Shown here piece after piece: positions 48,759 to 58,304 of a stretch of 64,000 nt of DNA (positions are counted from its first letter, which is position 1; every line of letters starts with the position of its first letter). Position numbers and translations under genes: made by a program. Below the pieces are notes generated by a model. It did not search any database. It was not told where the DNA came from and was given only the letters and a program-made list of their open reading frames with translations. The stretch is from an uncultured Verrucomicrobiae bacterium. GTDB lineage: Bacteria; Verrucomicrobiota; Verrucomicrobiia; Chthoniobacterales; UBA10450. The DNA is taken from NCBI GenBank assembly GCA_963735805.1, contig CAVTMK010000002.1, positions 960,001 through 1,024,000 on the forward strand. The letters are read 5' to 3'.

Positions 48759-48986
48759 TTACCAGTGTACGGTTCCGCTGGCTCCAGGCCCACCGGGGGT
48801 AAACTTTCCCTCATCGGATAGTTTTTCCCCGGGAACCGCAGCATCAGACGTAGCAGTAGGGGAGTTTGAATCGCCACTCATCGACTCTTGGGAGGATGCG
48901 CACGCGGACAGAAGCGATCCGATCAACAGAAACAGAACCGCGCGCAACGCAACACGTTCCTTCACGCGACGAACGTACGTCTGCAT
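48759..48986 (-). CDS. Small putative lipoprotein
   Basis: Lipobox LLSAC after a hydrophobic stretch. Confidence 0.55.
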   Translation of the reverse strand: MQTYVRRVKERVALRAVLFLLIGSLLSACASSQESMSGDSNSPTATSDAAVPGEKLSDEGKFTPGGPGASGTVHW

Positions 48987-49024
48987 ATGCTTGATGCAAG
49001 CCGCGGTGTCCGATAGATTTTGTA

Positions 49025-50104
49025 GTGAAGAGCACCGGAAAAACAGACATCAAGTCTCTCGTTTTTAGCGAGCTTCAGGAGCAATTTCACCATCTGGGGG
49101 AACCCCCATATCGCGCCGGTCAGGTCGCCGACTGGCTTTACAAAAAGCGCGTCGACACAATCGACGAAATGACCAATTTACCGCAACCGTTGCGCGGGCG
49201 GCTGTCGGAGGCGTTTTCGCTTGCCAACATTAGCCTCGTGCGCGTGCTCGGTGCGCGTGATACGACGCGAAAATTTCTTTTTCGTCTAGGCGACAGAAAT
49301 TTGATTGAATCCGTTTTGATCCCCGCATCGCTAGCGCTGTACGGCGGGAGATCGGATCGCCGAACAATCTGTGTCTCGACCCAAGTGGGTTGCGCTTACG
49401 GTTGCAAATTCTGCGCGAGCGGCTTGGACGGTTTCTCGCGCAACCTGAGTGCAAGCGAAATCGTTGACCAAATTATCGCCGTTGAGCGTGTAACCGGAGA
49501 GAAGATCGACAATGTAGTCTTCATGGGGATGGGCGAGCCACTCGCCAATCTCGAGAACGTCCTGCGCGCGATTCAGATTATGAACGCGGAATGGGGCCTC
49601 GGTATCGGCGCGCGTCACATCACGATTTCAACCAGCGGACTGGCGCCGCAGATTCGCAAACTGGCCGAAGAACGTTCGCAAATTAGGCTGGCCGTTTCTT
49701 TGCATGGTGCCACCGACGAAGTTCGCAATCGGATCATGCCAATCAACCGCCGTTACGACATCGCAGCGCTGCTTTCTGCTTGCGACTATTACAAAGCCCG
49801 CAAGAAGCAGAGGCTCACATTCGAATACATCTTGATCGCAGACGTGAACGATTCTGACGAGCAGGCGCGTTTCCTTTCGGCCCATGCACATCGGCTGTCG
49901 GCAAAAGTAAATTTAATTCCGTATAATAACGTGTCCGGTCTTTCCTGGACGCGACCGTCAAAAAACCGTCAGGAAAGATTTTTATCAATCTTACGAGGCG
50001 AAAGCATTCCGGCGACATTGCGTCGTGAAAAGGGCCATGAGATCGATGCCGCCTGCGGACAATTGCGAATGCAAACGGAGCGCGAAGCGTTCCTCCGTGG
50101 ATAA
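49025..50104 (+). CDS. rlmN: 23S rRNA/tRNA m2A methyltransferase
   Basis: STQVGCAYGCKFCASG, FMGMGEP, VNLIPYN, IDAACGQL. Confidence 0.96.
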   Translation: MKSTGKTDIKSLVFSELQEQFHHLGEPPYRAGQVADWLYKKRVDTIDEMTNLPQPLRGRLSEAFSLANISLVRVLGARDTTRKFLFRLGDRNLIESVLIPASLALYGGRSDRRTICVSTQVGCAYGCKFCASGLDGFSRNLSASEIVDQIIAVERVTGEKIDNVVFMGMGEPLANLENVLRAIQIMNAEWGLGIGARHITISTSGLAPQIRKLAEERSQIRLAVSLHGATDEVRNRIMPINRRYDIAALLSACDYYKARKKQRLTFEYILIADVNDSDEQARFLSAHAHRLSAKVNLIPYNNVSGLSWTRPSKNRQERFLSILRGESIPATLRREKGHEIDAACGQLRMQTEREAFLRG

Positions 50105-50181
50105 CAGGATCGGAGCACTGGCGGTCGCGGTTTAGCGAAAGATTTTGCGCGCGGAGACAAGCTCGCGTTTAGTCTTCAGGT

Positions 50182-50853
50182 ATGGCTGGTTACGAGGGCG
50201 AGCCCGAACGCGTATGGGATGAGTACCAATGGGAGCGTTTTCTACAGCAACAGGAGGGCAAGGCAGAAAAATACATGCGACTGCTGGAAGAATACCTTGA
50301 TGATCCCCAGCGCGACGAGATCATCGCCCGCGAAATGGGTTGGACCCAACTGTTGGACGTCAGAGATTGGAGCGCTGAACTTGATGCGCTGCCGGATGAA
50401 TACGCAATGGAAGAGGACGATTCCAGCATCGACGAGGCTTCCACATGCGGAGAGCCCTTTGAAGGGCATGATCTGTATCGTGCTGCCTTTGCTTTGACAA
50501 TCTGGATTGATCACCTTTTCGATCGAAACGCTTCGCTTCAGAACGAGCCGGCGGCCGTGAAATTGGCCACGCAAGCCGCGCTGGCGAATGCCAAGCTGGC
50601 CGCTGCCTTGAGCAGCGATAGCCTGAGTGAGATCGGGATGACAATCGCCTATTTGAAGCGGGCCTTAAAAGCAATCACGATTTCAATGGACGCGGCGACG
50701 CAACTTCGAAAAGCCGCCGGGCTGGTTACCCGCTCACAATATGCAGTCCTTCGACAGCGACTTTTTCAAGTTCGAGACGGGATTGTTACCCTGATGGGTG
50801 AGTATCGTGGCGAGTGGCGGCGCCGGTTCGGCGCCGAAGGTTTTCGGCGTTGA
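50182..50853 (+). CDS. Hypothetical helical protein
   Basis: 223-aa ORF; WDEYQWERFL, IIAREMGW, IAYLKRALK. Confidence 0.75.
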   Translation: MAGYEGEPERVWDEYQWERFLQQQEGKAEKYMRLLEEYLDDPQRDEIIAREMGWTQLLDVRDWSAELDALPDEYAMEEDDSSIDEASTCGEPFEGHDLYRAAFALTIWIDHLFDRNASLQNEPAAVKLATQAALANAKLAAALSSDSLSEIGMTIAYLKRALKAITISMDAATQLRKAAGLVTRSQYAVLRQRLFQVRDGIVTLMGEYRGEWRRRFGAEGFRR

Positions 50854-50880
50854 ATGAAATAGGGCCGGCTCCCGTCCAAC

Positions 50881-51492
50881 ATGCAAACGGAAGCGACTCT
50901 GGCTCAGGCCGATGTGTCAGACTTGGACTTGGTGACACGATGCCAGTCCGGTGACACCGAGGCATTCGACGAGCTGGTAGCTCGCTATCGAACACGAGTA
51001 TTTGGCATGATTTACAATATGGTGCATAGCGAGCAGGACGCCTGGGACCTTGCTCAGGACAGCTTCGTTAAAGCATGGAAATCGATTAGACGGTTTCGCG
51101 GACGCTCATCATTTTTTACCTGGATTTATCGGATCGTCATGAATGTGACGATCGATTGGCTCCGGAAAAAACAAATCAAAGGCGGAGGCAGCGAATTCGA
51201 CGATACGATCCAGCTAAAGGAGATCGAGCCTTCGTCCAAAACGGTGCCGAAGTCGGAAGCTTTGCCTCACGAGATGATGGAACGAAGCGAGATTCGCGCT
51301 CGAATCGACAAAGCGATTGCCCAGCTCCCAGCCGAGCAGCGAGCGGTCGTTTTGATGAAAGAGATCGACGATATGCAATATCATGAAATTGCAGAAGTAC
51401 TTGGTTGCTCAATCGGGACGGTGATGTCGCGCCTGTTTTATGCGCGGAAAAAATTGCAAAATCTGTTGAGAGACGTCTATGAAGACACTTGA
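50881..51492 (+). CDS. ECF sigma factor (RpoE/SigW-like)
   Basis: DLAQDSFVKAW, SSFFTWIYRI, YHEIAEVLGCSIGTVMSRLFYAR. Confidence 0.93.
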   Translation: MQTEATLAQADVSDLDLVTRCQSGDTEAFDELVARYRTRVFGMIYNMVHSEQDAWDLAQDSFVKAWKSIRRFRGRSSFFTWIYRIVMNVTIDWLRKKQIKGGGSEFDDTIQLKEIEPSSKTVPKSEALPHEMMERSEIRARIDKAIAQLPAEQRAVVLMKEIDDMQYHEIAEVLGCSIGTVMSRLFYARKKLQNLLRDVYEDT

Positions 51493-51997
51493 AGAAAAAT
51501 GGACCGCCTGGGTCGACGGACAGCTTAGCGGGAGAGAACTGTCGGAATTTGAGGCGTCTTTGCCGGACAAAGCTGCCGCTGAAGCCGAAAAAGCGGAGGC
51601 GGCCAAGCTTGGCACTCTTTTGAAGCGCGAGCTAGGAGCCCCTGCGTTAACGAACGAAGAGTTTTTCAGCCATCAGCTCCGTGAAAGAATCGTACGCGAA
51701 AGCACCCTGCTTTCTGCGGAGCGTGAAACAGAGGCTTCCACGTGGTGGACAATTCCCCGCCTATTATGGACGGGCACCGCGTCGTTGGCCGTCTTTTTGA
51801 TTTTTACAGTTCTCGTGATTCGCGACAAGAATCCTGCGGAAGAATCACAATACCTTACCGCGATTCTGAATGCGCGGGTTGATCCGGTTGTCAGCCCAAA
51901 TGCAACCGTTTCAATGTTCGAGGCGAAGCAAGACCGGGTAACAGTATTGTGGACAGAAGGGCTGCAAAGTTTGCCAGCCGACTACGCCGCCAAGTAA
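51479..51997 (+). CDS. Putative single-TM anti-sigma factor
   Basis: Overlaps the sigma stop; AWVDGQL N-terminal domain, one TM (LAVFLIFTVLVI). Confidence 0.75.
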   Translation: MKTLEEKWTAWVDGQLSGRELSEFEASLPDKAAAEAEKAEAAKLGTLLKRELGAPALTNEEFFSHQLRERIVRESTLLSAERETEASTWWTIPRLLWTGTASLAVFLIFTVLVIRDKNPAEESQYLTAILNARVDPVVSPNATVSMFEAKQDRVTVLWTEGLQSLPADYAAK

Positions 51998-52003
51998 TTG
52001 CTC

Positions 52004-52447
52004 ATGAGTCGCAAGCTGGCGTTTTTAATCCCGTTTGTCTCATTAGTTGCAAGCGCGGTATCAGGGTTACAGGCTGCGGAAACGGTGTGGAGCGGACTTG
52101 TCATTGCGGAAAATGTCGCTCAGCCACAACCGATTCCCCCGGAGCTAATACGGATAGAGGGAGCCTTGAAAAAATTCTTCGGCTACAACCAATATCAGGT
52201 AATCGGCCAGTCACAAAAGAAGCTGAGGACCGGACAGGAAGACTGGCTCGCAACCAGCAAATTTTTCGGACTGCACGTCGATGCGCAAGGCGAAACTGAG
52301 GCTGGCTACGTCTTAAATTTGAAGCTTTATAAGGAGAGAGAGCTTTTGCTCGAAACGGATGCCAAGCTGAGCAAACGCAGTCCCCTGGTGATCAAAGGTC
52401 CGCAGATTGGCAGTGGGCAGTTACTGCTCGTGCTGGTTATACACTGA
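52004..52447 (+). CDS. Hypothetical exported protein in the ECF operon
   Basis: Signal-like N-terminus, beta-rich body (FGYNQY, PLVIKGP). Confidence 0.7.
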   Translation: MSRKLAFLIPFVSLVASAVSGLQAAETVWSGLVIAENVAQPQPIPPELIRIEGALKKFFGYNQYQVIGQSQKKLRTGQEDWLATSKFFGLHVDAQGETEAGYVLNLKLYKERELLLETDAKLSKRSPLVIKGPQIGSGQLLLVLVIH

Positions 52448-52474
52448 GCCAAGCGCCAAGTTTCAACATTGGAG

Positions 52475-55129
52475 ATGCGCGTCCTGTTTATCCTTTTAGC
52501 GACTGAATTTTTGATTGTGTCCTCCGCCACTGCTTCAGAAAAGCCATTCAGTTTCAAAGACACCCCGGGAAAACTCCCGAAAGAAGTGGTTCCGACAGAC
52601 TACTCCGTTCGGATCGTTCCTGATATCAATAAATTCACATTTGCCGGGACAGAGACGGTGAAGCTCAACGTTCGCAGCGCAGTTCGCCAACTGGTATTGA
52701 ACGCGCTCGAACTCAAAATCGAAACGGCGTCTATTAATGGCAAAGACTTACCGGTCTCCGCAATTAAGACCGACACCAAAAACGAACTGCTTACACTCGC
52801 GTTACCGTCAGAGCTTGCGACCGGAGAGCACACGCTCACGCTCCGTTTCACGGGTAAAATAAATGAGCAAGGGCAGGGCCTTTTCTACATGCGGTATCAG
52901 GAGCACGGTAATGGCGCTCGAAAGATCATGCTCGGAACCCAATTCGAAGCGACCGACGCTCGTCGATTTTTCCCTTGCTGGGACGAACCTGCCTTTCGCG
53001 CGCGCTTTCAGTTGACCGCAGTCGTACCAGAAAACTGGCTCGCTGTCTCAAACATGCCGATCCAGGACGAGAAAAAAATCCCTGGCGGCAAAGAGGTGCG
53101 ATTCGCTGCGACTCCGCCTATGTCCAGTTATCTGAACGTTTTCGTCGCGGGCGAACTCGATTTCATCGAATCGCGAAGTGGACCTACTGAGATCCGAGTG
53201 ATTACGACCAAAGGTAAGGCGGAGATGGGTCGCTATGCGCTTGAGGCGACCGCGCAAATCTTGCAATATTACAACGATTATTTCGGGGTGGCCTATCCCT
53301 TGCCGAAACTCGACCAGATCGCGATTCCCGGTGGCTTTGGTGGTGCGATGGAAAATTGGGGCGGCATTACCTACTACGAATCGAAACTTTTGTTTGATCC
53401 AAAAAGCTCCTCTGCGGAAACAAAGCAAGATGTCTATGAGGTCCTCGCACACGAAATGGCGCACCAATGGTTCGGCGACCTGGTAACGATGGCCTGGTGG
53501 GACAACTTATGGCTTAATGAAGGATTTGCCTCATGGATGGGCTCCAAATGTACAGCGCACTTTAATCCGCGCTGGGAAGTCTGGCTCCGCCGCGAATTCC
53601 CGCGGGATCCGAGCCGTCGCGCTGGAATCGCCAAGGAAGCAGCAATGGAAGGCGATGCGCGCCAGACTACTCATCCGATCCAACAGCGGATCGCGACTGA
53701 AACCGAAGCCAACAGCGCATTCGACGATATCACTTACAAAAAAGGCCAGTCATTTTTGCGGATGCTCGAGAGTTTTCTCGGTGACGATGTATTTCGGGAA
53801 GGGATTCGCCGTTACATAGCGGCGCATACGTATTCAAATACCACGACAGCGGATTTGTGGAATGCGCTCTCTGAAGCTTCCGGGAAACCGGTAGGGGAAA
53901 TCGCAGCCGGTTGGACAGAACAACCGGGTTTTCCCATCGTGAAAGTAAAACAGGAGCAAGGCGGCAATGTGTCGCTCGCGCAGGAACGCTTTACAATCAA
54001 TTTCACAAACGCTCCGTCGCTCGAATGGAAAATCCCGCTGACGTATGCGGTGGTCGGTGAAACTCCAGCGATTCTGCTGCTGAGCAGGAAGGTCGCCAGT
54101 ATCCACAACATTCCTCGGGAGCGAGCCCTCAAGCTAAACGTTGACGGCGCTGGGAATTATCGCGTCGAATACGATCAGCCATCGTGGAAATTGTTGCTCG
54201 GGGCATTGAGAAATTTGGGTGTGGAGGATCGCGTCAATCTATTGGGTGACGCCTGGGCTCTCGTCCAAGCGAATCGCGCCCCGATCGCTCTGTACTTTGA
54301 GTTGGTGGAAAAACTGCCGGCTTCGACCGAACTGGCCGAACGTGAACAAATCATCCACGTGCTCGATTTTATTAACCGGCTCTTGAGTGGCAGTCCTGAG
54401 CAAGAGAAATTTCAATACTATGCGCGATCGCTTTTGCGGCCCACTTTTGAAGCGGTTGGCTGGGAAACCAAACCAGATGAAGAATCGGCGACTCGCAACC
54501 TCCGGGGGAGCCTCATTACGGCGCTCGGGAACCTGAATGATCCGAAAATCGTCGCCGGGTGTCGCGAACGTTTTAGGGCTTTTCTCACCAATCCAGAATT
54601 AATAGCTCCCGACATTCGGCCGGCGGTCTTTTTAGTCGTTGGACGGTATGCTGACGAATCGACATGGAACGAACTCCACCAGCTCGGCCTCAAGACGACA
54701 AGCATTGAAGAACAACAAAATTATTATGATGCGCTGGCCGGATCGGTCGACCCCAAATTAGTGAAGAAGACCCTTCCTATCGCGCTGAAGGATGAGCTGC
54801 CAACGAGCCGTGCAATCTTTCTTGTGGCAAAGGTCGCCCGCGAGAGCGGTCATGCGGATATCGCTTGGGAGTTTGCCAGGGCGAATATGAAAACGCTCCT
54901 CGCAAAGGTCGATGCGGCTGGCGCCAACACGTACGCGCCCAGCCTCTTCACCTTTTTTGCCGACGATTCGCATTCCTGCGAGCTAGAAAGATACGCGAAA
55001 AACAACTTGCCGGCTGCGAGTGCTCCCGAAGTGGCAAAGGCCCTGGATGAAGTTCGGTTCCGGTCTGAATTCAAAAAACGGCTTTTACTTCAACTCAATG
55101 CATGGATGGATGGCAAAGAACGTTATTGA
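52475..55129 (+). CDS. pepN: M1-family aminopeptidase, exported
   Basis: TQFEATDARR, GAMENWG, HEMAH-x18-E; ERAP1-like C-terminal domain. Confidence 0.93.
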   Translation: MRVLFILLATEFLIVSSATASEKPFSFKDTPGKLPKEVVPTDYSVRIVPDINKFTFAGTETVKLNVRSAVRQLVLNALELKIETASINGKDLPVSAIKTDTKNELLTLALPSELATGEHTLTLRFTGKINEQGQGLFYMRYQEHGNGARKIMLGTQFEATDARRFFPCWDEPAFRARFQLTAVVPENWLAVSNMPIQDEKKIPGGKEVRFAATPPMSSYLNVFVAGELDFIESRSGPTEIRVITTKGKAEMGRYALEATAQILQYYNDYFGVAYPLPKLDQIAIPGGFGGAMENWGGITYYESKLLFDPKSSSAETKQDVYEVLAHEMAHQWFGDLVTMAWWDNLWLNEGFASWMGSKCTAHFNPRWEVWLRREFPRDPSRRAGIAKEAAMEGDARQTTHPIQQRIATETEANSAFDDITYKKGQSFLRMLESFLGDDVFREGIRRYIAAHTYSNTTTADLWNALSEASGKPVGEIAAGWTEQPGFPIVKVKQEQGGNVSLAQERFTINFTNAPSLEWKIPLTYAVVGETPAILLLSRKVASIHNIPRERALKLNVDGAGNYRVEYDQPSWKLLLGALRNLGVEDRVNLLGDAWALVQANRAPIALYFELVEKLPASTELAEREQIIHVLDFINRLLSGSPEQEKFQYYARSLLRPTFEAVGWETKPDEESATRNLRGSLITALGNLNDPKIVAGCRERFRAFLTNPELIAPDIRPAVFLVVGRYADESTWNELHQLGLKTTSIEEQQNYYDALAGSVDPKLVKKTLPIALKDELPTSRAIFLVAKVARESGHADIAWEFARANMKTLLAKVDAAGANTYAPSLFTFFADDSHSCELERYAKNNLPAASAPEVAKALDEVRFRSEFKKRLLLQLNAWMDGKERY

Positions 55130-55157
55130 GGACCGCACATCGCCCCACGGGTCCGGA

Positions 55158-55643
55158 TCACTGATCGCTGTTCTGCTGAGGCGTTACCCAAAGGCGCATC
55201 GGAATCATTGAAGACTCAACAAAACCGTGGTGACGGAAAAACTCCTGTGCCACATTTTCCGGCCGGTCGGTCAGCAAAGTAATGCGGAGAAAATTCTTCT
55301 GTTTGGCGAAATCGATCGCGTGCTCAAGGAGCTTCCTCCCGTAACCTTTGCCGTGGTAATGCTTATGGACTACCAGATCTTCAAGCACGATAACGAAGCC
55401 GCCCTCGGCGGTGCTGATGGTAAAGAGCAAATTGATCATCCCCACAATCGCACCGTTTCGCCGTAGTACAAAAACGCGCCCCCGGCTGGGTTGTTCGAAG
55501 ATCAAGCGCAAACCACGAAGCTGTTTATCTTTGTCCGGTCGAAAGTCGCCTTCTTGAGCGAACAAGTCCCCGAGCATTTCTGATAACTCGTCCAGGTCGG
55601 CTTCCGTCGCTGGCTCAATTACCACGTTTTCTTTCTCGCCCAT
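55158..55643 (-). CDS. GNAT-family acetyltransferase
   Basis: LEDLVV...HGKGYGRKLL, RITLLTD, AQEFF..HGF. Confidence 0.88.
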   Translation of the reverse strand: MGEKENVVIEPATEADLDELSEMLGDLFAQEGDFRPDKDKQLRGLRLIFEQPSRGRVFVLRRNGAIVGMINLLFTISTAEGGFVIVLEDLVVHKHYHGKGYGRKLLEHAIDFAKQKNFLRITLLTDRPENVAQEFFRHHGFVESSMIPMRLWVTPQQNSDQ

Positions 55644-55802
55644 TGGTTGCACTGCTTATTCCAAAAATCCGCCGCTCTGGCAATCAAATTAGCCTGACAG
55701 GCCGAGCCTGCGTTACTATTGATGCGGTTGGTGTCGTTGACAATATTGCGGTCGACCTTACTTTAGCCGCTCTTAAATCGTGCCGGATCTGTTTTCGGTT
55801 TT

Positions 55803-55976
55803 ATGAAACGCACTTATCAACCATCCAAGCGAACGCGCAAACGTCAGCATGGTTTTCGCGCCCGCATGAAAACAAAAGGGGGCCGCGCCACGCTGGCGCG
55901 CCGTCGGCAGCGCGGCCGCAAACGGTTGCTCCCAAAACGCGTCGAAAGACATTACGCTCGCCATACGCAGGCGTAG
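55803..55976 (+). CDS. rpmH: 50S ribosomal protein L34 with C-terminal extension, not in ORF track
   Basis: Manual translation [57 protein letters not shown]. Confidence 0.96.
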   Translation: MKRTYQPSKRTRKRQHGFRARMKTKGGRATLARRRQRGRKRLLPKRVERHYARHTQA

Positions 55977-56092
55977 CCTCTTTTGTCTCCGGCCAATCTA
56001 TCCTCGTTTGTCAGTCCGGCGCGATGGACCAAGTTTTTTGGCTGGTCATGTTTCGCTAACTTCGCTATGCTGCCCTGCAAAGAGTTAGCGCG

Positions 56093-57061
56093 ATGAAACC
56101 AAACGCAGTGGTCATTGAATCGCCTCGAACAAATTCGAGGATTTTCGCGTACACGCGCTGGGACATAGTTCCCGTGCTGGCTGCAGTTCTCCACTGCGTT
56201 TATTTCTTCGGGATGTTCTATCTCTTCCCGCGCGTCCCGCTTTGGATCATGCTCATCCTCGGCTTCATCTATTCGGTGAGCATCTCATGGAATATCAACG
56301 GTATCTCGCACAACTTCATTCATAATCCTTACTTCCGATCGCCATTGCTGAACCGCCTGTTTAGCATTCTTGAATCGGTCACTGTTGGTTTTAGCCAGGT
56401 TTTTTACGAATGCATTCACATGCAACATCACAGAGGAAACGCTGATCGGCCTAACGACAATGGCGAGACAGTCGATTGGATCTCGATCTACAAGCATGGA
56501 CATGACGGTGAGCCTGAGCACCCGCTTAAGTACACTTTCCTTAGTTTCTTTCGCGAAGATCCAAAGACGGTCTACCGGGAATTGAAACGAAAGAATCCGC
56601 GCGACGCCTTCTGGGGGGTTACAGAGTTAACGCTGTTCGTTTCCACATTCGTCACTTTCGGTGTCCTTAACTGGCACTACATCTGTTTCCTTCTTCCGTT
56701 CTGGTACTTGGGACACTGCCTGTCGTACCTCAACGGCTACTATCGCCACTTTGGGGGTAACCCGGACGAACCGCTCGCCTGGGGTGTGAGCAGTTACGAC
56801 AAACTCTATAACTGGATCTGGTTCTTTAATGGCTTTCACGCGGAGCATCATTTCCGACCGAAAGTTCACTGGACACGAATGCAGACGCTGCGCGATCAGA
56901 TCGTGGAACAACAACGCGCTGCTGGGGTCCGAGTGATCAAGCCGCCGCATGCTTTAGCTTTTCTAGATCCCAACCTCCCGCCCCTTAAACAAAATTCTCC
57001 GCAAAAATCTCGCACTCGTTGGGGCATAAAGTCTGCCCGCCTCCAAGGAAGAACCAACTGA
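56093..57061 (+). CDS. Fatty-acid desaturase-family protein (paralog of 45734-46687)
   Basis: HNFIH, HMQHH, HAEHH; long blocks identical to the first copy. Confidence 0.88.
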   Translation: MKPNAVVIESPRTNSRIFAYTRWDIVPVLAAVLHCVYFFGMFYLFPRVPLWIMLILGFIYSVSISWNINGISHNFIHNPYFRSPLLNRLFSILESVTVGFSQVFYECIHMQHHRGNADRPNDNGETVDWISIYKHGHDGEPEHPLKYTFLSFFREDPKTVYRELKRKNPRDAFWGVTELTLFVSTFVTFGVLNWHYICFLLPFWYLGHCLSYLNGYYRHFGGNPDEPLAWGVSSYDKLYNWIWFFNGFHAEHHFRPKVHWTRMQTLRDQIVEQQRAAGVRVIKPPHALAFLDPNLPPLKQNSPQKSRTRWGIKSARLQGRTN

Positions 57062-57185
57062 CAGAATGCCTGGTTGATCAATCGGCATTCCAGCGGGGCC
57101 TTGATTAATTGTCGTCGAGTGACGAAAGATCTGAGGCTTCCGATTGCGGTTTAGTTCAACTGTTCCCGCAATCGAGCAGACTTTG

Positions 57186-57686
57186 TCAGTGACGCTTGTT
57201 CATCGTCCGTTTCTTAGGACCGCTGCCGACGTCTGGAACTTCTTCGCCGAGGGCAGTCGCTAAATCAATCTGATGGTCCTGCTCCTGCACCAGAATCTCC
57301 CGAATCTGTTCTGCCATCGCATACTCTCCAAGGGCTTCGCATTGTGGGATGCGATCGCGATAATTGCGAATGGTTTCGTTTTCATTGTCGAGATCGTAGC
57401 GGAGCATATCCCTCGGATTCTTAGATGTGCGGACCGGCTTGGGAGTGACCACCGGCATCTTGCCAAGATAGTCAATCTGTCGCGAGAGAATCAGGGCATG
57501 ATCGAGTTCCTGCTTTGCGTGGATTTCGAGCTGAGCGGCGATGTCCATGTACTGCGCACCGCTGAGCACCTGAGAGTAAACGACATAGGCGATGATCGCC
57601 TGATACTCACGAGACAGATCTTCGTTCAATAATTCCGCGAGACGATCGCGGGAAATTTCGTTTTCTTGGGATTTGGGTCCTGCCAT
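57186..57686 (-). CDS. Ferritin-like (bacterioferritin-type) protein
   Basis: EYQAIIAY, ELDHA, ENETIRNY, EQDH diiron pattern; strong SD AAGGAGG. Confidence 0.85.
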   Translation of the reverse strand: MAGPKSQENEISRDRLAELLNEDLSREYQAIIAYVVYSQVLSGAQYMDIAAQLEIHAKQELDHALILSRQIDYLGKMPVVTPKPVRTSKNPRDMLRYDLDNENETIRNYRDRIPQCEALGEYAMAEQIREILVQEQDHQIDLATALGEEVPDVGSGPKKRTMNKRH

Positions 57687-57767
57687 TTAATTTCCTCCTT
57701 TGAGTTGAAAGACAAATTACTAATTAGACCGCTTCGGGCAGTCCCGCCAGCGTTGAAATTTCATCGG

Positions 57768-57786
57768 TTTGCATCGCTTATGCCAA
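57768..57786 (-). promoter_or_regulatory. Candidate sigma-54 (-24/-12) promoter of the ferritin-like gene
   Basis: Minus strand TTGGCATAAGCGATGCAAA = GG-N10-GC. Confidence 0.5.
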
Positions 57787-57848
57787 TTGTTGCCTTCAGC
57801 ATGCATCGAGTTTCATGTCATTCGACATCCAGAAAAAATAGCTCTGCC

Positions 57849-58304
57849 TCATAAAAGCTTAGACATTAGTCTGCGCAGTTTCGGCCAATCCTTTCTTCTG
57901 AGCATTAACCCGCGACATCGGGGATGTCCGCAGCTGCACGGTTCAAATTCTTCGCCCAGTTCGAAGTCATAGTCGATTAAGAGCTCTTCGCCCTGTTCAA
58001 TTGGCCGGATACTGGTTAACCAAAGGCCACCGCGCTTCTTTTTTATGGCACAGTTGGGATAACAACCGTGATTGACATGACCTGCGGGACTCCACTGCGG
58101 TCGGGCATCCATGTCACGCCTGGCATCGAACCTTATAACATGGTTGGCGCCGCGCAGTAACATGATGGCACCTTCTTCCCACGGGATGACGCGGCCTTTG
58201 AACTCGATGATCGGCGTACCTGCTCTGATCGGTAGAACAGCAAACAATCCGACGCCTTTAATTGGCGACCTTCGCTTCCGCCATAGCTGCTTTCGTCGCT
58301 GCAG
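57849..58304 (-). CDS. SET-domain protein-lysine methyltransferase-like protein
   Basis: SPIKGVGLFA, HVNHGCYPNC, GEELLIDY, post-SET CSCGHPRCRG; probable CTG start at 58304. Confidence 0.85.
   Translation of the reverse strand: MQRRKQLWRKRRSPIKGVGLFAVLPIRAGTPIIEFKGRVIPWEEGAIMLLRGANHVIRFDARRDMDARPQWSPAGHVNHGCYPNCAIKKKRGGLWLTSIRPIEQGEELLIDYDFELGEEFEPCSCGHPRCRGLMLRRKDWPKLRRLMSKLL

Noticed and set aside
990..55211. Many antisense and alternate-frame ORFs of 60-200 aa
   Set aside because: Shadow ORFs of well-supported genes in GC-rich DNA with no recognisable motifs.
57100..57135. Hammerhead ribozyme (GTC-GAGT-GAC-GAAA)
   Set aside because: The required CUGANGA is not present before the stem.
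57186..57250. Encapsulin-targeting peptide at the ferritin-like C-terminus (VPDVGSG)
   Set aside because: Poor match to L(T/G)(V/I)GSL and no encapsulin gene in the window.
57934..57945. CTGCACGGTTCA resembling the tRNA-Lys 3' end as an att duplication
   Set aside because: Only 11/12 nt, inside SET coding sequence, and expected by chance.
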